Sequence record: LR756500.1 | Direction: 5' to 3' (one strand) | DNA length: 64,000 nucleotides | Shown here: one piece after another, positions 1 to 6,973 of the stretch | How the letters are laid out: each line of letters starts with the position of its first letter | How positions within the stretch are numbered: position 1 is the stretch's first letter | Translations under genes and position numbers: made by a program | Notes under the pieces: generated by a model | What the model was told of the DNA's origin: nothing | Database searches by the model: none | Seen by the model: only the letters and a program-made list of their open reading frames with translations

Positions 1-123
1 TAAAAGTTTTTCTAATTCTTCTGTTGATAAAGATTCGAAATTATCTGTTGTTTCGTATTCAAATAACACTTTCTCATCACCATTACTAGAATTCATTACT
101 GAATCTCCGGCGTTTCCTTGCAT
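1..123 (-). CDS. 5' part of a gene running off the window edge (MQGNAGDSVMNSSNGDEKVLFEYETTDNFESLSTEELEKLL...); product unknown, possibly the C-terminal half of the split DNA polymerase
   Basis: Manual translation from ATG at 123 is open to position 1 (41 codons). It is not in the ORF track and follows 135..644 closely in the same orientation. Confidence 0.6.
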   Translation of the reverse strand, partial: MQGNAGDSVMNSSNGDEKVLFEYETTDNFESLSTEELEKLL

Positions 124-134
124 AATTTTTAAAT

Positions 135-644
135 TTATTTAATTTTATAATTCATTTTAATTTGTACTAATGGTCTTAATGTTTTTTCTGCTATTACTGT
201 AAATGATTCAATTAATAAATGTATCATTAAATCAAACTTATCACTAATTTTTAAATTTGTTTTAATTTCGTCATTTATTCTATTTGCAGCTTCTTCTATT
301 ATAGAAAGTTCAATTTCTTTTGTTATGAGTCCTGTATTTATAGATGTTGTTAATAAATCATTAGGTTTGAATGTTGCTGAAATAATTTCATCTCCTTTTT
401 CTATTCTATTACCTATTATTTTTATTGTGACATTTTCTGGAATATTTAATTTGCTAAATAATAATAATGATAATGGAAGTAATGAATATTCTTTATCAGA
501 TAGATTATTATTTGTTCTTTCAATAAGAGTATGATGATGTGCATATATACACATTGCTTCTTTTTTATTTACCTCAATATCACTAAAATTTGCATCAATT
601 ATTGGTGTCCAATTTTTAATAATTTGTTCTTTTGTTGCTTCCAT
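135..644 (-). CDS. Hypothetical protein whose N-terminus resembles the T4 gp23 propeptide
   Basis: ORF track 169 aa. TKEQIIKNWTPIID parallels TKAELLNKWKPLLE of T4 gp23 (from memory); the rest is unrecognised. Confidence 0.55.
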   Translation of the reverse strand: MEATKEQIIKNWTPIIDANFSDIEVNKKEAMCIYAHHHTLIERTNNNLSDKEYSLLPLSLLLFSKLNIPENVTIKIIGNRIEKGDEIISATFKPNDLLTTSINTGLITKEIELSIIEEAANRINDEIKTNLKISDKFDLMIHLLIESFTVIAEKTLRPLVQIKMNYKIK

Positions 645-1408
645 TATTCCTCCTCATCTCCATTCATGCATAATGCAATTATTAATAATGTATTAGTATC
701 TTGTGATTTAAAGAAAATTTTATTTGTACATACAGTAACATCATAACTTTCTTTATCTAAAAGAGGAAAATATTTTTTATAAACCATAACTTTTATTAAA
801 CTTTCATCTAATACTTCTACAGTCTCAGATAATATTGCATCATAATTTTTTCCTTTAACTCGTAGTATATTATCTTCAATAGCAAATTTAAATGTTTCTA
901 CTTCTTTATCTAATTTAAAATATGAATTAATATTATCTATTTGTTTAACAGGTAAATCGAATTTAAATGTACCATTATCTGTACTAAATGCTCTTTTTAT
1001 TTCATCTTTACTCATATCCATAAATGATAATGTAGGATCTGCACAAAATAATTTTATTGTTAATTTATCATTAAAAATAACAAAATCGCTAGCTATGAAT
1101 TCATCGCCCATTTGTTCATATACTATTTTACCTTTTATAGTATCATCTCCAAAATACGATAATGCATCAATTATACGTGAAGCATTATAAAATGAAACTT
1201 TAATAGTATCTTTTATAACATCTTTTATTTCAAACATTTGTTCTAATGGTACACTAACTAATTTAACTGCGTCTTTTTGCGGAAAATATACTGTTGATGA
1301 CACAGCCTTTGTATTTATTTTCATAAACACAAATTTATCTATTGCTAATAGCTTTTTAATAAAGCTTTGAAATTCATTAGCAATAACTTTATCTATTTTT
1401 AATTCCAT
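644..1408 (-). CDS. DNA polymerase sliding clamp, gp45-like
   Basis: 254 aa, the size and alternating beta/alpha pattern of T4-type clamps; replication-module context. Confidence 0.6.
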   Translation of the reverse strand: MELKIDKVIANEFQSFIKKLLAIDKFVFMKINTKAVSSTVYFPQKDAVKLVSVPLEQMFEIKDVIKDTIKVSFYNASRIIDALSYFGDDTIKGKIVYEQMGDEFIASDFVIFNDKLTIKLFCADPTLSFMDMSKDEIKRAFSTDNGTFKFDLPVKQIDNINSYFKLDKEVETFKFAIEDNILRVKGKNYDAILSETVEVLDESLIKVMVYKKYFPLLDKESYDVTVCTNKIFFKSQDTNTLLIIALCMNGDEEE

Positions 1409-1487
1409 GTGAATTTTTTAAAAATTTTGACTTAAAATATTGAATATAAATTATATGTAAATAATTTATTTTGTTTATCCGGATACA

Positions 1488-1521
1488 ACAAAGGCTCCAA
1501 GCATAAATGTGGAGCCTTTGT
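1488..1521 (-). terminator. Stem-loop downstream of the H1-like gene, probable intrinsic terminator
   Basis: Perfect 12-bp inverted repeat acaaaggctcca (1488-1499) / tggagcctttgt (1510-1521) with a 10-nt loop, 14 nt after the stop at 1535. The U-tract is weak. Confidence 0.65.
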
Positions 1522-1534
1522 AACCCTTTAAAAA

Positions 1535-1708
1535 TTATGAATTTTTAGTTTCTTGTATACTAATTCTTAATTCTTGCGCTAATTTTTTAGCGTCTTGTAA
1601 AGTTTTTCTAACTCTAGTACCAGCTGTTTTATTTCCTTTTTCGAAGAATTTTGTTACATCATCTTCTAAATTTGCTACTAGTTCTTTAAGTTTTTCATAC
1701 TGTTCCAT
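1535..1708 (-). CDS. Histone H1-like (Hc1-type) small DNA-binding protein, 57 aa
   Basis: Missed by the ORF track. Manual translation gives MEQYEKLKELVANLEDDVTKFFEKGNKTAGTRVRKTLQDAKKLAQELRISIQETKNS*. The GNKxAGTRxRK core is typical of Bacteroidota/Chlamydia Hc1-like proteins. Confidence 0.8.
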   Translation of the reverse strand: MEQYEKLKELVANLEDDVTKFFEKGNKTAGTRVRKTLQDAKKLAQELRISIQETKNS

Positions 1709-1786
1709 AACTGTTTTCTTTAATTAAATTATACATTATTTTTTCATTTATAATTATATGGATAATAATTAATTTGTTTCACAAAT

Positions 1787-2158
1787 TTAAATATTTTTAC
1801 AAAAAATATAATCAAAATGTGCTAACGGCATTATAATTAATCTTGCTATTTTATCACCTATGCTATATGTATTTGGTATATTTTCGTCAGTTGATTTGAA
1901 TTTTACAATAATTTCATCTTTTGATTCGGGATATATTATTCCTATATTATTTTTAAGTATTAAATCTTTATCATTGACAGAATCCATAGGAAATAAAAAA
2001 CCTGCATATCCTTTAGGAATATTTACACTAATACCTGTTCCATATTCTATATATTTATAGGTAGTTTTTTTTGAAATACAAGTAAATTCAAGAGTATTTT
2101 TTCCATCTAAAATAGGGTTAATTGCTCTATCATCTAACTGATTAATTTTAACATTCAT
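1787..2158 (-). CDS. Degenerate dUTPase-fold protein, predicted inactive
   Basis: YGTGISVNIPKGYAGFLFP, LILKNNIGII and YSIGDKIARLIIMP follow the trimeric dUTPase pattern. Motif III reads GIIYPESKDE (no catalytic Asp), motif II RS reads MDS, and motifs I and V are absent. Confidence 0.7.
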   Translation of the reverse strand: MNVKINQLDDRAINPILDGKNTLEFTCISKKTTYKYIEYGTGISVNIPKGYAGFLFPMDSVNDKDLILKNNIGIIYPESKDEIIVKFKSTDENIPNTYSIGDKIARLIIMPLAHFDYIFCKNI

Positions 2159-2175
2159 AAAATAATTTTTTTATA

Positions 2176-2703
2176 TTACTTTAATAGTTCATAAATTTCT
2201 GAAATTCTGCTATTAGTTTCTTTTTTTATTTTAATTATAATTTCAGGATATATTTTATTAAACCACTCATTATCAATAAGTGTATTATTCTTTAATACAC
2301 TTTGTATTACATCTAAACTTATTCCATTAAATGTATTAATTGGAATATGATTAAAATGATAAAATTTTATATTAATACTATCATTTCCAACTAAATGTAT
2401 AGAAACATTATAGTTTATCATTGCATTTGTTTGATCTCGATATATTTTTGTAAGTGATTTACTTTGTATAGTACTATCACTAACATATTTAAAAAACGTA
2501 CTATATTCAATAATATTAGATTGTTTATTTACATTTTTAATAATATAATTAGTTTTACCACTTAAATTATCTGTCAAATATTTAAAATTAGTTTTAGCTT
2601 TTTGATTATTAATAATTTTAAATGTTGTATCTATTTTTAAATCTTGTGAATAACTAACTGCTACAACTAAAAATAAGGATAAAATTAATAAGATTTTTTT
2701 CAT
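2176..2703 (-). CDS. Exported protein with signal peptide
   Basis: MKKILLILSLFLVVAVSYS|Q: basic N-terminus, hydrophobic core and Gln at +1, as in many Bacteroidota secreted proteins. Confidence 0.65.
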   Translation of the reverse strand: MKKILLILSLFLVVAVSYSQDLKIDTTFKIINNQKAKTNFKYLTDNLSGKTNYIIKNVNKQSNIIEYSTFFKYVSDSTIQSKSLTKIYRDQTNAMINYNVSIHLVGNDSINIKFYHFNHIPINTFNGISLDVIQSVLKNNTLIDNEWFNKIYPEIIIKIKKETNSRISEIYELLK

Positions 2704-3689
2704 ATAGGATTTTTTGACAATTTATACTCTTTAGGAAATTCTTTTTTTATTATTTCTCTGTATTCATTAATTATATTATTTGCTATATTTAATTTTTTTT
2801 CAGGTGGATCTTTTTTATAAAAATCTTTATACATTGCTTTATAAGTTGAAGCCTGAGAGCATGCTCCTAAACCTGGTGATAAATTTGATTCTATTAAAAA
2901 TACTTTACCGTTTTTATCGATAAAAAAATCTAATGCATAAAAGTCCGGAGCAAAATGCTTTCTAGTATCTTTTATTATAGTATTAAATTCATTTAAAAAC
3001 TTTAATTTATTTAAATCTTGTTCTATATAAATAAAACTAACTTTTTCTTTTTTATCTTTAGTTTTAATAGTACTATTATCTTCTTGATTTGGAACTCTTT
3101 CATATATTATAAATGCATTATCTTTTAAACATAATGCTCTATATTCTGCTGCAAAATCTATCATTTCACTATATACATCAAAAGTGCCTTTAGAGTTTAT
3201 TAAATCTTGATATGATTCAAATTTTTCTATTCCTATTCCACTATGTCCTGATTCAGGTTTAGCTATTATAGGAAAATTTAAATCTTTAGTATCTCTTCTA
3301 GAATAAACAGTTTTAGGTAAATATGATTTATCTCCTAAAGTTTTATGCCATATTTTTTTACTACCACTAATTTTTGCTAATTCTGGATCATAATTATATG
3401 TATGTTGTTTTACTATATCTAAATGCTTATTTATAAACTCAGAACTAAAACCTGTATCTGAATGAGCATATCTAAACACTGGTCTATAAATATCTAAATC
3501 TTTATGTTCTGTTTGATTATGATATACTTTTTTATTCACAATAAAAATATCATATAATTCATGTTCAGAAGTATTTGCTAATTCTTTTATTCTTTCATTA
3601 TCAGTTGATGAATTTTGATTAAAAATTTTTACCCATTGAATTCTATCATCATTAATTTTAAATTCTTCGTAAGGCTTAATAAATTTCAT
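2700..3689 (-). CDS. ATP-grasp (RimK-like) ligase with N-terminal capsid-targeting-like tag
   Basis: IIAKPESGHSGIGI, EYRALC and DFYALDFFIDKNGKVFLIESNLSPG match ATP-grasp motifs (KP..G..G.G; D; E.N..PG). N-terminus is MKFIKPYEEF. Confidence 0.8.
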   Translation of the reverse strand: MKFIKPYEEFKINDDRIQWVKIFNQNSSTDNERIKELANTSEHELYDIFIVNKKVYHNQTEHKDLDIYRPVFRYAHSDTGFSSEFINKHLDIVKQHTYNYDPELAKISGSKKIWHKTLGDKSYLPKTVYSRRDTKDLNFPIIAKPESGHSGIGIEKFESYQDLINSKGTFDVYSEMIDFAAEYRALCLKDNAFIIYERVPNQEDNSTIKTKDKKEKVSFIYIEQDLNKLKFLNEFNTIIKDTRKHFAPDFYALDFFIDKNGKVFLIESNLSPGLGACSQASTYKAMYKDFYKKDPPEKKLNIANNIINEYREIIKKEFPKEYKLSKNPI

Positions 3690-3850
3690 TAAAAGTATTT
3701 GTTTTAATATATATTTGAATATTTTTATAAAAATAAATTTAATTTCATCAAATACTTTTTCTTTCTAAATAATCATTTCTCATTACAGCTATCATATCAA
3801 CAACATCTATAGCTCTAAATATTTCCCATGTTATCATATTATGACTTAAT

Positions 3851-4279
3851 TTACCATATTATAGTTTTCATAAAATTATATGATAGTATCCAATTTTTCA
3901 TATCTTCTAATGTACAGTGTTCTCTAGATGGCCCATAAGGTATCATTCCACAATTAAATACCCAATAACCATTATCTGAATCCCATCTAAAATATGCATG
4001 ATCATCCTTTACTTTTTCAGTATAAATCTGTAATATTTCTAATTGTAATTTTAAAGCATTTTCTTTAGATTCAACAGGTATATTTGGATAAAATGTTTGT
4101 TTTGAAATATCGATATTTCTTAAAACTAAACCTTTATCAACATTAAAATTAATATCTTCTTTATAAGAACTCATTAATTTATGCATAGATATTTTTGCTT
4201 CTTCTTTTGTTATATTACCAATAGGTATTACGAATTTCCTTCTTATTTGATTATAGCCTGTTATATTATAATTAATCAT
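3851..4279 (-). CDS. Hypothetical protein containing a portal-(gp20)-like segment
   Basis: The track ORF 3851..4420 overlaps the nrdJ 3' end, so the likelier start is ATG 4279 (MINYNITGY). RRKFVIPIGNITKEEAKISMHKLMSSYKE resembles the T4-type portal motif RRIFYIDVGN...KAEQYL...M..Y. Confidence 0.5.
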   Translation of the reverse strand: MINYNITGYNQIRRKFVIPIGNITKEEAKISMHKLMSSYKEDINFNVDKGLVLRNIDISKQTFYPNIPVESKENALKLQLEILQIYTEKVKDDHAYFRWDSDNGYWVFNCGMIPYGPSREHCTLEDMKNWILSYNFMKTIIW

Positions 4280-4298
4280 ATTTATATTATATTTAAAT

Positions 4299-5471
4299 TT
4301 AACCTTGACACAGGGAAAATTCGCACGAATGACAATATGTACAACCTTCCTTTTTATAAAGACCTGACGGATCTCCGCATAAAGGACATTTAGTCTCAGA
4401 TAACTTTTCTTCTGCATCACCTTTTAAGTATTTAGATAATGTTCTAGAAATTGCTTTACTAAATGCTACTATAGTTCCTTCAGATTTATTTAATTGTTGA
4501 ACAATGAATTTAATATCAGCACCATGTCTTAGACTAACAGATATCATTCTAGTAAGAGCTTCTTCTTCATCTCTTTCGAATAATTCATTAACATTATCTA
4601 GTACTCCATTACCTGATATTTCTAAACTATAATGACCTCTTTTAACTTTTGTTAGAATAGCGTCTTTTATATTTTTAGATATACTTATATTTTTCTCTTT
4701 AAAAGCAAATACTTCATAAGGTTCATTATCCATTAGTCCTACAATTACGACATAATCGTGTCCCTTTGCTGTAATATGATGTATATTACAAGGAAGAGAT
4801 TTAGGTCTAATAGGAGCTTCAGTTTTAATTATTTTTTCTTTTTGTTTTTTATTGCTAACAAGTACTCCTGATCTTGAACCTTCTCTATAAACAGTTAATC
4901 CTTTACATCCTGATTTCCATCCCGTCTCATATACCTTAGATACCATATCTTCAGTTGCATTTTCTGGCAGATTTGTCGTCGAACTTATAGAATGGTCTAT
5001 CCACTGTTGAATTGCACCTTGCATTTTTACTTTTGCAACCCAATCAATATCTGCAGATGATGCTTTATAATAAGGAGATTTTTTAATTACTTCATCTAAT
5101 TGAGTTTCATTATATAATTTTACTTCTTCTATATTATAATTATTAATTTTTAACCATTTTAAAAATTTAGGATGAAATACTAAATATGTTTCCCATGCAT
5201 CACCTGAAAAATCAGTAAATGAAATATTAACTTCTTTATCGTTTGGATTTACTTTTCTATTTCTTTTATATACTGGAAGAAAAACAGGTTCAATTCCAGA
5301 TGTAGTTTGTGTCATAAGGGAAACTGTATTATGAGATACTATTCCATTATCTAAAATATAATAATGAGTATCTTCTACCTCTATATCCATTGTATAATCA
5401 GTATCCGTAGTTTTTTCTAATATTTCTATTAACTCATATTGTATATTTTCTAAATTAACTATTTCTTGCAT
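4299..5471 (-). CDS. nrdJ: Class II (B12-dependent) ribonucleotide reductase, C-terminal fragment, preceded by split-intein C-half
   Basis: After ...GIVSHN come TVSLMTQTTSGIEP, Q.WIDHSISSTTNLP and KGLTVYREGSR, then a TSCPD-like region and a C-terminal CPLCG...CHSC zinc ribbon. Confidence 0.92.
   Translation of the reverse strand: MQEIVNLENIQYELIEILEKTTDTDYTMDIEVEDTHYYILDNGIVSHNTVSLMTQTTSGIEPVFLPVYKRNRKVNPNDKEVNISFTDFSGDAWETYLVFHPKFLKWLKINNYNIEEVKLYNETQLDEVIKKSPYYKASSADIDWVAKVKMQGAIQQWIDHSISSTTNLPENATEDMVSKVYETGWKSGCKGLTVYREGSRSGVLVSNKKQKEKIIKTEAPIRPKSLPCNIHHITAKGHDYVVIVGLMDNEPYEVFAFKEKNISISKNIKDAILTKVKRGHYSLEISGNGVLDNVNELFERDEEEALTRMISVSLRHGADIKFIVQQLNKSEGTIVAFSKAISRTLSKYLKGDAEEKLSETKCPLCGDPSGLYKKEGCTYCHSCEFSLCQG
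5328..5471 (-). mobile_element. Split intein C-half (IntC, 48 aa)
   Basis: MQEIV...YTMDIEVEDTHYYILDNGIVSHN|T contains intein blocks F and G, the terminal His-Asn and a Thr+1 nucleophile, and has its own ATG. Confidence 0.9.
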
Positions 5472-6589
5472 AATAAATCTTTTATTTTATTTTTTATTTG
5501 TTCTGTAACTAAATTTATATTAATTAATTCTTTTTCCCATATTATTATAATATCAGATTTAAATTTATCTTTTATAATATTAATTCGTCTTTTATCTCTA
5601 TTTCGTATTTCATCATATATGTTATCTTTATAACATTCTATTTCTGGATTTTTATGCCAATAATCACCATATATTTCAATAACTAAATTAATATCTTTAA
5701 TATAAATATCAGGTTTAATTATTTTAAATTCTCCATTTCCAATATAAAAAGTATATTCATTTTCACCATAATAAATTTTATTAAATATTTTATTATATTC
5801 ATTATAAATATATTCACCTATTAATATAGAAAGTTTAGAATATGGTAATCTTTTAGCTTTTTTAATTAATAATTCAGAATACCATTTTTCTCCGTGTTTT
5901 TTAATTAAATTATCCTTTGAATTTCCAAATTTTAAACATTCTTTAAGTTTGTTATATTTTTCATTTCCTAATTCAACACCAAATTTATTAATATAATTTT
6001 CTAATGTATTAGATTTTTTAGCATTTATTTCTTGCCATTTTATTTTTCCTAACTCACCATATTTACTTATTAACTTATCTAATGATGAGGTATTTTGACG
6101 TTTTCTTAAACATTCTTTTGCTTTTTCAATAGAATCTGTTCTTTTTATCCAATATTCTAATGTTGTGGATTTTTCTCTTTTATTGTATGATGAATTGGGA
6201 TCATTTTTAATATAATCTTTAACTGCACATCTTTTTCTAAATAAATCATATCTTTCTCTACCTAATATTTCTCCATATCTTTCAATAAATCGTTGTAAGG
6301 ACCCAGCCGTTTTTTTATTTTTATTATTCCATATTATTAATCCTTTTTCATTTCCATATTTATCTAAATAATATTGTTTAGATGAATAATATTTACACTT
6401 TAATTTATATTCTTTATATTTTTTATTTCCTTCTATTTCACCGTATTTTAGTATATACTTTTCTAAACTTACTCCTCTAATAAATTTATGATATAATTTA
6501 TATGCTTCTTCAATAGAAAATTTATTAATTAATTCATTCCATTTACTAGGATATGTTTTAACATCTATTCCTTTTAACATCTGCTCCAT
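5459..6589 (-). CDS. Free-standing homing endonuclease (KYG-repeat N-region plus Vsr/DUF559-like PD-(D/E)xK domain) inserted within the fractured nrdJ
   Basis: Repeated Y..KYGE..G motifs and C-terminal KPDIYIKDINLVIEIYGDYWH. It lies between the two intein halves and overlaps the IntC start by 13 nt. Confidence 0.8.
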   Translation of the reverse strand: MEQMLKGIDVKTYPSKWNELINKFSIEEAYKLYHKFIRGVSLEKYILKYGEIEGNKKYKEYKLKCKYYSSKQYYLDKYGNEKGLIIWNNKNKKTAGSLQRFIERYGEILGRERYDLFRKRCAVKDYIKNDPNSSYNKREKSTTLEYWIKRTDSIEKAKECLRKRQNTSSLDKLISKYGELGKIKWQEINAKKSNTLENYINKFGVELGNEKYNKLKECLKFGNSKDNLIKKHGEKWYSELLIKKAKRLPYSKLSILIGEYIYNEYNKIFNKIYYGENEYTFYIGNGEFKIIKPDIYIKDINLVIEIYGDYWHKNPEIECYKDNIYDEIRNRDKRRINIIKDKFKSDIIIIWEKELININLVTEQIKNKIKDLLCKK

Positions 6590-6621
6590 TATTTAATTTT
6601 ATTTTATATATTAATGGAGCA
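6582..6621 (-). promoter_or_regulatory. RNA hairpin sequestering the endonuclease start codon, with a candidate late promoter in its loop
   Basis: 10-bp perfect stem, plus-strand tgctccatta (6582-6591) / taatggagca (6612-6621). One arm contains the ATG at 6589. AATATATAA reads on the minus strand at 6604-6612. Confidence 0.65.
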
Positions 6622-6625
6622 ACTG

Positions 6626-6973
6626 TTAATTTATTTTTTTAATTATTTTATCACCTACTTTTAATTCTTCAGCATTCTTCCAAATTGCTTCTTTATCATT
6701 AATTAAAACTAAAAATTTATGAACTTTACTTGTAAAAATATTGTAATCTTTATCTAATTTAAATCTATAACCCTCTGTTTTTCCATTCCAATATAATTTT
6801 GTTATTTTATTATAGTTTCCATTTATATCTAAAATATTAATAGGTTTAATTAAATCAAACCATATATTATTTTTAGTCTCAAGTTCTTTAATATTAACAC
6901 CATTTATATTAAATATTTCTTCTAATGAAATATCACCTATATCAGTTTTAATTATAGCATCTTTTTCTAAACA
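6626..6973 (-). mobile_element. Split intein N-half (IntN, 115 aa)
   Basis: Starts at Cys1 (TGT 6973-6971) after APTG, with block A CLEKDAIIKT, block B TSKVHKFLV and W..AEELKVGD, then a stop. It has no endonuclease domain. Confidence 0.9.

Noticed and set aside
4280-4420. N-terminal extension of ORF 3851..4420
   Set aside because: It overlaps the nrdJ zinc-ribbon codons in another frame. ATG 4279, just after the nrdJ stop, is the likelier start.
5459-6625. Group I intron interrupting nrdJ or its intein
   Set aside because: Only 36 nt are non-coding before the endonuclease and none after it (it overlaps the IntC ATG), leaving no room for intron core helices. A split intein explains the layout.
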